This document shows, piece by piece, positions 35,329 to 48,500 of a stretch of 64,000 nt of DNA. Origin of the DNA: Macrostomum hystrix (taxonomy: Eukaryota; Animalia; Platyhelminthes). Numbering within the stretch: the first letter of the stretch is position 1; each line of letters opens with the position of its first letter. A program made the translations under genes and the position numbers. The stretch spans positions 28,892,001 through 28,956,000 of the forward strand of contig CATNEN010000038.1 in the NCBI GenBank assembly GCA_950097015.1. The letters run 5' to 3'. Below the pieces are notes generated by a model. The model was not told the origin of the DNA, searched no databases, and saw nothing but the letters and a program-made list of their open reading frames with translations.

Positions 35329-36551
35329 GCAATATAAAATTCAATATTAGCAAAAAAGGTGACAGAGGGACAGAAGCGTCTCCCAGTAAAGTTTTTTGCT
35401 CACGTAGGGAAAATATACTCAAACCGATTAGATCCGGAATCCAATGTGTCTGCGAAAATATTTAGGTCCTGCTGAATGTTTGCTTGCTATATTCAACTGA
35501 GCTTTAGTAAAAAGAAACTGCTGACTTAAGCAGCGATGTAGCTTTGCTGGCTGTCTGATTCGGCAATGAATCGATACCAAAGCCAGGGCTATTGTAGCCA
35601 CCAACGCTATAACTCGTGCTAATGCTTTACTCTCCGCTTTCGACTGTCTGTCTATTTTATGATCAACAGAAATGACTAGTCTGATTGGAGACTATTATCT
35701 AGCTCAATACTAACCGCTAGAAGTTGCTGGCTGTTATTCAAAGAGATAAAGCATTAGGGTGTGCGGAATACGCAGCGTCATATTTGTGGCAGTAATCAGA
35801 TCGATTCATGGCACCATGCACGGACCTAAATCGAACCAGTCCACGACTAGGACATGATAGAGTGCCGTCTACTGGAGTCCTGTTTCCTTCAGCTTCAAAA
35901 CTGCCCTGCCATAATAGCTTTTTCTCGCAAGATCTGTTTAAAAAATGCACCTGTCAAGATTTCCGCCAGAATAGGAGACTTTTTGGTTGAGAAAAGGAAG
36001 CAATGCGGTGACTAACAGCGTGGAAACTCCGCTGAGGTGCCGTCTTTTTCCTCGGGTGGGCAGGAAGGTTTGTGGAGTGACGGCAACTCCTGACTAATTG
36101 TTCCGTCTTTTATTTTCTTTTCTGTAAAGTCTTTCCGCTGCTCGCTTTGGGCGATCAGTCGATGCTGGCAAGCAACTAACTGTGCGCCGACCATCGATTT
36201 CTCAACAGTCAGCCAACACACCAGCCAATGTTGCTATTTTGCAGAGCTGCGTCTGCTGAACTGGCATATTCTCAGTGGAGAGGGGTGTGGCTGCTTGTGT
36301 GGTGGTGCTTTAGGACTGCTGCTGCTGCTGCTGCTGCTGGTAGAGTGGCGCGGGCAGTCGAGTTTGTCAAGCCATAGGGGTGAGGAGTTGGGTGGGAGGC
36401 GGGTCTCGCGCAGGTGGTAGCGAAGCCAGCCGAGTCGGCATTTATTTCGCCACTGACAGCCTTCGAGTAGGAGCAACTCTTGCGCCAGCAGGAAGAGCAC
36501 AATTAGTTTTTTTCTTTAACTATCCTCAGCCGGAGCTTATCCTTTGCAGCC

Positions 36552-39500
36552 ATGTGTGGGGTAAGTAACATTGCCAGTCTTCATCAGTCGGATGGTCAAG
36601 CGAAGATATGAGGAAAATATGTCTCTCTCTACTTCAGATCCTAGATTTTCATTTCTTCCTTCATTTCTTCTTTCCGATACAGCTCAAAGGATTGATCCTG
36701 CTGGTGACAGTCGCTCTGGCGCTACTACTCGATGATACGGCGGCCCTATCGCCAGACAAACTATGTCCCCGAAGCTACACTGTCCGGGGAAAGTGTGTGA
36801 AAGAGCGCCGTGTGACAACCACGGTGCACTACGGCTACGACCGCACCAGAGGCACCTGCGTGCGGAGACAGTCGCGGGTCGTTAGACGCTGCGGATTCGG
36901 TAAGCCCCGTTTAATTTGAGCTGAAAATGTGTTTTTACATAGTTACTATCTAGTTATCATCAACTCATCCAGACTCCGAAAGCGCCTGCCGATGCTACAT
37001 CAGCGGAGATCCGCACTACGTCACCTACGACGGCCAGAACATGCACTTCTTTGGCAAGTGCACCTATGTTCTGACTCAGCCGGTGCACGGTGCCAGCAAT
37101 GGCTGCCGGTGGAGCGTGCTCGGTAAGAACCGCATGCGCGGTGGAAGCCCCTACACCTACCTAGAGGAGGTGATCGTTAACATCAACGGGAAGGCCCACC
37201 GGCTGACCCAGAAGCGGCGCCTCTACATTGGCAAGGTGTTCCGCGGGTTGCCTTACCACGCCCACAAGCCTGACGTCATGGTGCAGTACATGGGCAACAA
37301 GATCGTGCTCCATTCTCGCCAGTGCGGCTTCCGAGTCTCCTTTGACGGCGATGCCGAGGCTATTATCAAGGTGAAGCCGAAGTACCGCGGCCGCCTATCT
37401 GGTATCTGCGGCAACTGCGACGGAAAACGCAACGACCTACGGTGAGTTTGACATTTAAAGTAGAAAGACCACACTAGTTTTTCACCTGGCGGGCATTTCG
37501 AATTAACACTGCCTTCTTCACGATACCTTCCAAACTGAATGACCGATTTTCGTGAAAGTCCACCTTTGGATCAAACTTTTTCGTTATTTTCGATTAACTA
37601 ATTTTCAAAGCCGTCTGAAATCATCGTCGAGATATTCAGCCATTCTTGTCAAAGACCCCGCTGACAATGGTAACTACAAAATATTAAAAATGATAGCCGA
37701 CATCTAAACGTACCTATTTAACATGGTTGCATGATAAAGTTTCTAGACTTTCTTGGCGATGGGTAGAATATTTTATGAGATCAAATAAAAAGATTTTTTT
37801 GTATTTTAATAACCCATGGTTTTTCTAGAATTAAGTCATCTAAATTTTTTATGGCTCTCACACCGTATCTGCTTGTCCCCAATAATCTGCAGCACCGCTT
37901 CGGGTCGCAACGTCAGTGGACTAAAGAACAAGTTCACACTGATTGGCAACTCTTACCTGGCACCCGGCACCCTGAAGTCGTGCAGCGGCCCGAACTCGGT
38001 GCGTTGCAGCTCCAGCCAGATCGCCAAGGCCAAGAAGGCCTGTGAGAAGCTGAACGGCTCCGCCTCACCATTCCGTCAGTGCATGAAGAAGGGTGACATC
38101 AACCTAAAGAGATACTACGTGTGAGTCTAACAAATGATCAAATTTAAATACTATTACTATTTGCAATGGGGCTTTGTGTTATGGAAGGTTTATCGAATGT
38201 CAAAGTTAGTGTCAATAGCCTAATTTTTGCTTAATTTCTTACTATTAATTCAATGCAATTGCCGTCATTACCTGAAGGCAATCACTACAAAGTGAAATTT
38301 TAGGCAATGTCCCATCATTTACTAACTGATGGCAATTCTGCCCATTAAGTTGCATCCTTAGCACCAGCGCACACGGATACCGTACTTGGGCACATACTCA
38401 CAAATGTGTGCAAATCTGCCCTGACTTTCTCATCGTCAGACAATTTACACCCTCGCTATACATTTGATGGTGGACCCTCAAAGGGGCAAATTGCACTAAA
38501 ATTAATGAAGCCTTGCCGCAGAATTGAACTCAGGGCCTTGGTGTGGGGTGCAAGCGCATTTGGCACTCTAGTCACCCACTAAGAGCAAGTGATATTTGTA
38601 AAAAATGTTTTGCAAGAATTTTGAGAGAGAGCTTTTTGTGGTTCAGTGATGGTGTTTACTGTTGATTGGCGACTGGCGAAGCGTTGAAGTGTCCAAGGCC
38701 TCATTGATTCGGGGTACAGACACGGAGAGAAGGTTTAGGGGCTTTGAGTGCATTTTAGTCCAATTTGATTGATCCCACAAGCCTTCGAATCTGTACGCCT
38801 GTGTGTAGTCAGGGAGTCAGGGGAATGAGCAGAATTGCCTTCTCGCTGGCTGCGGGTCGAGTGCTGCCGACAGCCGCCTCTGTGGTACTTCCCTCCCTGC
38901 AATAATGATTATACTTTACTGTCGTATCTTTTGTCTTTGTTCAGTGACTGCGTGCAGGACATGTGCGCCGCGTCGCGCTTCTCTCGCAAGGCCCTGATCC
39001 ACGAGGCCCGCTGTCAGAGCTACGCTGCCGCGGCTGAGATCTGCGCCAGTAGGGGCTACGCCAGCCGCAACTGGCGCAGCATCGCCAACTGTCCGCTGCG
39101 CTGTCCGACCGGTATGCGCTACGAGGCCAACAGGAAGACCTGCCAGAAGACCTGCGAGAGCCTGTTCTTCGGCATCAACTCGTGTCCGCGAATGCGCAGC
39201 GAAGGCTGCTTCTGTAAGCCCGGCCTGGTGCTCGACGGCAACCTCTGCGTGAAGAAAGAGGACTGCCGCTGTTTGCGTAAGTTTAAAATTGTTTAATCAT
39301 TTTAATATAATGCTCTGCATCCAAGTCACTCTCACTAATTGAATATTAGGACTAGTAATTGTGAGGGGGGTCGGTGGTATAGCGGTTGACGCGTTTGCCT
39401 CTCGCTCCAATGTCCCTACCTTCGATTCCACGGCGAGGCCACATTCATTTGGGGCGCAGCCGCGGAGAGAATGCTTGGGGGCTTGTGCAATTTACGCCCT

Positions 39501-42500
39501 TGAGGGCCAACCAAGGTACAGTGAGAGTGTGCACTGCCTGACGATGAGAAAGTCAGGGCAGATGTACACACCTGTGTGAGCGTGTGCCTGCGTACAGTAT
39601 TTGTGTGCGTGTGTGCTCATTAGTCAGCGAAATGGGCAGAATTGCCTCCTCGCTGGCTGCGGGTCTTGTGTCACCAAATGATGTGCCTTCGCCCGCAGCT
39701 GTCCAGAAATTATTATTATTGTTTTATTAATTCTTAGAGATTGAATTTAGACTGACGAAAAAGTAAAAATGTAGAAGACTGGACTATTTAAATCCTTCTG
39801 AAACAAATTGTCTCCATATATGAGCTAAATAGCAAAGCATCAAAAAACGCCTGTGCGTTCTAAAAGTGTTTGGAGAGTATGTATGACAAAAACTTATCGC
39901 GTTCTGACAGTGCATGGTTCGAGCCCTAGTTCGGGCTTCAGTTGTGGTTTTAAGCGCTAAGCTGAAATACAAGAGAAATGAGAATTGAGAATAATGAATG
40001 ATTCCCATCTGTTTCCTGTTCCTAATTGCAGAGTGCGCCGATCTTCGCAGCCCATCCGACTGCGCCGCCTGGAAGCTCAAAGGCCGATGCGCCAGCGAAC
40101 CGGAAGTGATGTACAAGTACTGCCGACTTACCTGCAACATGTGCGAGAAGCGTAAGTTTTAGTGGAGCAGTTTCACAGTTTCTGTTGGTGCAATCTTGTT
40201 TTTGATGACTTTTTTTAATAATATTTGAGACGCATTTTCAGGCAAGTGCGTTGATCTGATTGCGACTAACATCTGTCTGGAGAAGAAGCGAGCAGGAAAG
40301 TGTACAGATAGCTTCTACAAAGAGTTCTGCGGACTCACCTGTCACTGGAAGTCGTGCCAATGCCCGGATGAGGGCAGCCACTACGAGAGGGGCCGCTGCG
40401 AGTCGCCGCGAATGGTCCGCAAGGTCACGAAGACCACCGTCTTCAGGTCCGTTGTGACCGGAGTCTGCACCAAGTCCTCCCTATTCTATTATGAGCCTTG
40501 TGGAGGTAAGACGAATACTAAATTTGTTGTGCTGCTCACAAGATTTTAGCTAGTAGGCTTGCAAATGAAGTCTTACTTGGTTATAATCGTTTTTGCTAAG
40601 AGTTAATCAGTTCTTATTTTAAATTCTAGATTGCGAGGTGATCAACAAGGTCATACAAAAGAAGCCGTGTGACTACTGCGCCAACCAGAGAGTGATGGCC
40701 AAGATTGTGCAGCACCGCGAAGGAATCTACTGCACGCGACGGGAGAAAGAGTTCACCAAAAACTGCAAATGTCGATTCCGCAACGGCAAGGTGAAATACT
40801 TGCGCTCAATCAAATGCCGAAATCACGACACCTTGATCTACGTCTACTACGAGAAGCGCATCAGCAAGGACTGCAAGCGCTGTCGAGTTATCAAAATCAA
40901 CAAGGTCAAGAAAGTGGTCTGCAAGTCTCCGCCACCTGTCTACAACCCGCCAGAGAAATGTCCTACAGGTCGGAACCCTGATGCAACATACACTCGGACC
41001 ATCTGTCGCAAAGTGGCTATCAAGTGCCGCTGCGATACGAAGTGCATCAGCAAGAGCTTCAACTGCGGTTGCGATTGCCTGCAGCCAGTCGGTCAGGGCG
41101 ACTGCGAAATATCGCGCAAATGCGACCGAGTTAATAAGCGCCTTTTGATTCGCTATCGTGCAGAGCTACTCATCAAGGACAAGCATGGCGACGGCGTCTG
41201 CACTAAACGGTCTGCCATCGTTCATGTCGAGAAGAGGCGTAAGTTTGTCTACTAAAAATTGAAATGCATTGAAGTTTGATTTCAGCGTTCTTTTGTTGAT
41301 ATAAAAAGCAACGAAATCGGGAAACAGTTTACTAGGCTCAAATAAGAAATTATTCTCGACATTGCGCCACATTTGCAGCCTGCAACTACAAGCGAATCGG
41401 CTACTACACCTGCGACAAGGACAAGGCCGGCAGAATTGTCGGCTGCCCGACTACCAGGCGCAAGAACTGGCCACCCCGCTGGTATAACTACAAGGAGGGC
41501 TACCTAGACGACAGTTGTAACTGCAAGATTAAGAAGGCCAAGAAGGTCTACCAGGATAACTTCTGCTGCTGCCCGAAGCCCTACGTAATTCGAGAGCCAA
41601 ACGAAGAATACGGCACTGGCAAGTGCGAGAAGGCTGACTCACACTACCGCATGTTAGTTGTGGGCATCTCGTACGTACACAACCCTGACACCGGCGAATG
41701 CGTCGAGGAGAAAAAAGAATGGTGGGAGGTCTGTCGCTGCGACTCTCCACTGAAAAGAGAGGTCTGCATCAACCGGCCAACCTACGGCCTGTTGGTGAAG
41801 CACAAGCCCTATTGCAAACTTGTTGACGCTAATAGCAAGAATGCACGCTGCGAATGCGGAGAGACCCTTACATCCCGCAAGATTGTCTGTCGGAAGGCGC
41901 CGCGATTCCTCGATCGCAAGAGCAAGTGTGACATCCAACGGGGACGCGCTGTCTATCGCCGAGTGTACAAGGAGGTTACTTATCGAAGAAAATGTGACTG
42001 CCGAACTCGAGTAGAACCATTGCTGGAGCCCTGCCGAGAGTGCATACCGAAAGTGAAGAAGGAAGTGATTCCCTGCCCCAAGAACTGCGACAACAAGATG
42101 GGACGCTGCTCGGTGAACTGCAAGAAGTACTTTGTCACTTACTGGTACACGTGGAACGAAATTAGCAAGACTTGCGTGCCCAGCGAGGTCAATCGAATCG
42201 CTTCTCGATGCTGCTGCAAGCCATACTTCAGGTATGAATGGTTGGGCGTCAAGGTTTCTCAACAAAGCTTCAATGTTCAATTTTATATTCATTCGTTCTA
42301 AAAAATAGCACGGAGCCATTTTTCTGAACACAATCAGGTCTTAATATCGACTGCAGACCTAGCGTTTACAACAGGCAGTTGAGGCGGAGCTAAAATTTTA
42401 GCACGGGGCATTATATGGAGGTTTCGAATTCTCGAAAAGGGTCCCTACCTTTGAAGGGGTACTAAAGTGCAATCTACGAATATTAAAACCGCCACAATAG

Positions 42501-45500
42501 ATTCGGGGACACCAAGTTTGGAACTTTGTAATAGTCAGCTACGCCACTGAAACAGAATACCTCACAATTGACTGTGATAATTAGGTTTTAATTAGGAGTA
42601 CGCAGAATTTCCTTAGATGTTCCCAAACCTTGTATTCTACGAGTATTTGGTGCTTTAAATTTGATCCTTACTTGTTGAAATTTAATCTTGGTCTAACGCA
42701 AAGCTTTTACGATTCCTCGTAACAGGCCACCAGATGGACCCGGCACGGATGAGAAGCAGGAAAAGGGACCAGTTTGCGATGAATCTGGCACTCGGTTTAA
42801 ATATTATATTAACAGACAGCGGCTGTGCGGTAAGCATCCATACAAGAAGTGCTGTCGAAGAACCGACAAGCGATACGTACCGATTCCTTGCAAGGTTGGC
42901 AAGCGCAAGAGAGCAGTCCGCTGCGCTGATGGCAAAAATATCAAGCAATTCGTGATTACCAAATACGAACTGACGAAGTGCAAGTGCAAAAAGCGCGAGC
43001 GAATCGTGCCGTGCAAGTGCCGCTGCCCGAAATCTAAGTCCATTGTGAAATGCGAGAAAGATACAAACACCTGGGTGCACATGCAGATCCACTATGTTAT
43101 CCGACACTGCCGGTGCCATAGACAGGTAACTAAACAACGACGTCGCATTCCCTGCGAGGAGACGCCTAGGCGAGAGGTGTTCAACAACTACGACGTCTGC
43201 ATGGCGGGCAAGACTTCGGGCTGGATGTTTACCCGCAAATTCAGCAGATTCTATATGAGAGACTGCGTCTGCAAGGAGCAGAAACTAGAGAAGATCAGAT
43301 GCCACTGTAGTAGGTCAAAATATTGCTTACTTTCTTGTTAAACGTGTACTCTATACATTTTTTGCATCCTTGAATACGTTTCAGAGTGCCCTAAGAAGAC
43401 CACAAGAACACCTGAGCGATGCAACGGTATGACTGGCTACCTGCACTGGACCGTGACCAAGCAGAAGAAATCTGGCTGCCTTTGCAAGCCTAAGACTTAC
43501 AAGAGGAAGAGAGAGTTTAGTAAGTGATAAAAACTTTTGTCAAAAAGCATGAACTGCGAGATTTCAGTCTAATGTCATTCTATAGACTGGGGGTGGGCTA
43601 ACACACCCACTTAAGTCATCGTACCTGTTTTACAGCTCGGTGAACTAAAGCAATCAGGAATTAATTTTGTAGCTCAATTGGCCGAATCGCTTCACTTTAG
43701 GCGGGTTTCCAACTCCTCATCTCTCGTTCAAAAGTCCGAAGCTCTCAATCAGACCTTCTTGATCCCAATAGAGTTTGTAAAAAGTGCTCTTATGACGGTG
43801 CTAAGAATAATTGAGGGGCTTCCATGGCGAGCGCCACCGCGGGTGGGTTTTGACTCCTCGTGCGGGGTTTGAAAGTGCCAAATAGGATTTCAATGGAGAG
43901 AGTTGGCCTCCGATTTCGGGACTTTATTGTTGTTCATGCTGGTTTTTTCTTTTATACATAAAAAATACACCTCGTGAAAATATAAAAGCGTAGTCAGTCT
44001 ACATAGTCGTAGATTATAATGACTACTACAAATTTTCTAAATTCTCCACACACTCCAGCTTGCCCAACACAGAAAGACCGCGTTGAAGTGAAGTGCAGCG
44101 AGAAGACAGGCGTGCGAGTCACCACACAGTACAACTTCCGCCGAATCGACGGCTCCTGCCGATGCGGTTGGGTGAAGGTCGATGAGCGCCAGGATCGATG
44201 CAGTGCGTAGTGCTAATTGTCTTTTTTCTTACCATTGTCAGCCATCTCCGTTATCTAACAATATTTTAAAGTACAATTTCCTCAAATAAATTACAGACTG
44301 CGATCTGGAAAACTTGAGGGTCCAAAAAGTCAACAAGCACAATGAGAAGCATCCAGCATGTTTGCGCAATCATTGGCACTACGAAACATTCGAGTATTAC
44401 CTCACTATCCGCGATGGTATCTCCATCTGCATGCAGCGAGCCATCACTGGTCGTCGCGATGTGCCGTGCAACAGGGATGAAAGCACATTGCCTGTTGGCC
44501 GTTGCAACACTCGAACCAGACGTCAGCGCTACCAGAAGATCTGGTTCGAGCTTCGTGCCTGTCGCTGCACCAAGCGGTCCAGCTACTACTTCAAGCCATG
44601 CGGTTGTCCTAAGGACCGGCCGCATAAGCGAAGAAAGGTTGATCACGAGTGCGACAAGCGTGGCAACTGGATTCTCACCTGGGAGTTCTACAGGTGGAAC
44701 GAGCTTTCGCAGGTGTGCGAAAGATTCGAAGAGAAGCAGACGCGCCCTGTGGCCTGCAAGCCGGAAAAGAAGCAGGTGTCTAAGACTGATTGCTACAAGG
44801 GACACTACCAGGTGACCGTGCACACCAGCAAGGTTGTGGAAGAAACTTGTTTCTGCAAGCCGAATAAGAAGATCACTGTGCTACCCTGCGGTAAGTATGC
44901 TTTTCGGAAGAGCCAAGTGGGGCTCTTGATTTGATAAGAAAAGCATAGCTACTGAGCGGGCGGTAGGGCGCCCTGTCTCCCGCTCCAAAGTCTCTGGGCT
45001 TGAATCCTGGGCAAGCTGGCAATAATTTAGGGCGCAGCCGCCTAGAACACGCTTGGAGGCTGGTCGTGCAGGACCAGAGCAAGTATTTTAGGACCAAACC
45101 CCCAAAATGGTACACATTTATGTAAAAGAGTGTTTGTAGTACAAAATCTTGAGCTTTAGTTTTAAATGCAATCGACAGTTTTTTTCTAATTATGAAAACA
45201 ACGCCCGCCCTTTTTAGTGTGCCCGACTATCACTCGAACTGGTAAAGAGTGCCTTGAGGATAGAAAGACTAAGCACTCGTACCGCACTATCACTACCATT
45301 ATTCGAAAGTGGAACGACAGGAAGGAGCGATGTGAAGTTGGCAGCACAATCGTTGAGAAGCGCATATGCAGTAAGTTTTTTATATTATTTTTACGATGTT
45401 GTACTCACGACTCCTAGGACGGGTGCGCCTACGAGGGTCAGAGTACACGGGGCCGTGCTGGCCTGCGTCAGGGCGCGAGTGTCCGCACCGGACCCTAAGT

Positions 45501-48500
45501 CTGGGGCGTCGGGACGTAGCCAAGTGGCCGGCACACGCGTTGGAATGCTGTGATGTCGATCACATTTAGCAGGGCGCACGAGCTGGCGTCTATGTATAGC
45601 GGGTTTACGGTACAGGGTGGCCCCTGGCTGACTACTTGGCCTAGTCCCCCACTAGTCGGCGTCAGGACACACGGACCGTCCCAGCTACAGCCCCGAAATG
45701 AAGGAGACAAGGCAGTGACTTACTTCACCTGTAGCTCGCACTCTCGCGCGCGGTCGAGTAATTGCAGCTGAAGTCTGTTCGCGGCTGGCGGACCCGTCGG
45801 TCAATGTTTATTGTTTGTGTTGGGTAGGGGGACGGTCTAGAGAAACGGTAGCCTAGCGTTCCGGGGCCTGCGTTGTAGAGCGAGACCTGCACGGGCAGCC
45901 ACCCGCCCCAGCCGCGCCTTTAAAGGCCACGGCCCACCCGGGGCCGGAGGCCCCCTCGCCCCACCCCCGCCTCACCATCCCCAGCCCTGCCACCCACTGG
46001 CCAATCACGGCGCAGCTGGGGAGGGGCAGCCAACCTGGCGAGGGCCACACAGGTCGGCTCAGCCAACCAGCGTGCAGCAAAGACAATGGTGGCTAAGCGG
46101 CTTACACCCCTGAGCATCTAACACCAAAACACATACGATATGCCGCGTAGGGGCAGAGTGCACCTTAGCAGTGCAAGTTCACGGGCACAACAACGATTTA
46201 AGTAACAGTAGTTTGGGCGATGCTTTAAAAATACCATTCTTTTTTAACTACTACAGAATGTCGAAAGAAGATTGTCGGCAAGCCGGGTTGCAAGAATGGC
46301 AACTGGATTACCAAGGTGATCGAGTTCCAAATGGAGCTCAACAAGAATGGTGATCGCGTGTGCACACAAATCGAAAAGAATCGATCAAGACCGCAAAGTA
46401 AGTCACTGAAGTCCCGACTCACTCAATGAGTTTTCGAAATCAGTACTAGAATTTTTTTCTGTAACTCAACCTAACTTTATAATATTTATAAAACGTTTCA
46501 CGTTTTTCAGTCTGCAACGATCAAGTCAGATTTGAAACAACAAAAAACAAATGCAAGAACCGTGCAACTGACACCATCTACTATCGGACAAAGAAAGATG
46601 TTCTGCGGCGAAGTAACTGTCGCTGCATTGAGAGGGAGATCAAAAGAACACCGTGCAAATGCTGGTGCTCAAATAGGCGCGTTTTCAAATATTCTCGCTG
46701 CCAAGATGATAAGGTTACAGTTAGCTATTACGCTGTCGAGCGGCTGGAAGGATGCAAGTGTGTGAATCGGAGAGTTCGCGAAATCAGGACGATTTCTTGC
46801 TCGAAGGACGTCGTCAAGAGGACCCGGGGTGCTTGCAATAGGCGCGACAACTGCCGACGACCCATCTTTGGCTGGGTGAATGTTGCCAAAAACTGTCGCT
46901 GTGTGCCTGAAAAGCTGGCCGACCCAGTCGGATACGAGAAATGTGACTGCTGCAAGAAGGAGCGAGAAGTTAAAGAATGGTTCTGCAAGAACAAGATTTT
47001 CTACCGCTACATCATCACGCGAAAGTGGTTGGCAAATAAAAAGAGATGCGTCAAAACTGAAACCAAGGAGGCCAAGGGTGTACTGTGTCCCCGAATCAGA
47101 CCTAAGGATAGATATTTCTATACTAAATGCAAGAATAGCCATCAGGCCAAATATCTTGTCTACATGCACCTGGTCCCCGAAACTTGCCTCTGTAAGAAGA
47201 AGAAGAAGTTTATTGCAATTTTGCGGTGCAAGTGCCCACCAAGCAAAACTAAGCGAATTTGCCATGACAACAAGTACTACATGAACCAGGTGACCGTTTA
47301 TATTCTCCGAGGCGGCAAGTGTGGAACGACCACCACGTTTTCGCCTCCCGAGCCTGTACCGTGCACGAAGCCACCAAGGCGACCCGACGGTCGCGGTGGA
47401 AAGATGAACTGCCTGCGAATAAGATACATCCCGTACGCTAAGGTTGTCGATTGCAAGTGCAAAAGAGGCTACAAGGAGGAGATGGAGGAGTACACGACAG
47501 GAGTCTGGTGCTGCAAACACAGACCGGAATGCCGTCATGTCAGCAAGCCGTACTGCGACCGCAAATCGAACACTTGGTATTCATCAGTTAGTAAATGCAT
47601 CATTGTTAACAAGCAGTGTGTTCAACGAACGGTCGAGAAGAGCGGCTTGACCGTTAGTAAGTAACCTATGGTTATAATAAGGGGGTCGGTGGCAGAGCGG
47701 TTAACGCATTTGTCTTTAGCACAAAGGTCCCAAGTTTGATTCCACGGCGAGGCTACATTTATTTGGGGCGCAGCCGCAGAAGGACGGCTTGAGGACTTGT
47801 CCTGCAATTTACGCCCTTTAGGGCCAACCACCAAGGCACAGTGGCAAGTGTACACTGCCTGACAATCAGAAAGTCAGGGAAGTTGTACATACCTGTGTGA
47901 GCGTGTGTCTGCGTACAGTATTTGTGTGCGTGTGTGCTCAGTAGTCAGCGAAATGGGCAGAATTGCCTCCTCTCTGGCTGCGGGTCTAGTGTCACCAAAT
48001 GATGTGCCATTGCCCACAGCCCACCCCCAATTATTATTATTATTATGGTTATAATAATTTCAATACTCAGAGTTGACTGTATTAAGCCATGTATACTTGC
48101 ATTTCACTTTTTAGTCTGCTCGAGCAAGCCCATTGAGAACCCAACTGTGACGTGTGATCAGAAGACCAAGATCGAAGTTACTAGTACAAAATACGAGAGA
48201 CCGCGCAACTGCCAATGCATCCCGTACACCGTGACAACAACAAGCGTTTGCGGTTGCAATCCACCACTTCAGTACATCCGAGACAAAGGAGGATACTGCT
48301 ACCGCGATGACACCTGGATTGAGGAAGTAGTCGAAAAAACCTGGCGGCCGAAACAAAGGATCTGCCAAGAGACAGTCGTCAACCGTCGACGCCGCAAGAT
48401 CGGTAAGCAGTTAAAATTTTATATAAAATATATTTTCCTCTTTATTTGACGTATAACACGAGTAGACACTTACCGCTTTGCACCTGTTTTCAGTATGCGT

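Larger units (their letters stand above)
36973..39276 (+). other. VWD-C8-TIL assembly of the giant protein (exons 3-5)
   Basis: CYISGDPHYVTYDGQNMHFFGKCTYVL...LSGICGNCDG (VWD); SPFRQC...YYVDCVQDMC...CQSYAAAAEIC...WRSIANCP (C8); CPTGMRYE...CQKTC...EGCFCKPGLVLDGNLCVKKEDC (TIL). Confidence 0.92.

Noticed and set aside
35738-36502. Possible small minus-strand gene around the (GCT)n tract upstream of the giant gene
   Set aside because: Short ORFs mostly without ATG starts, no recognisable domain and no consistent exon chain.
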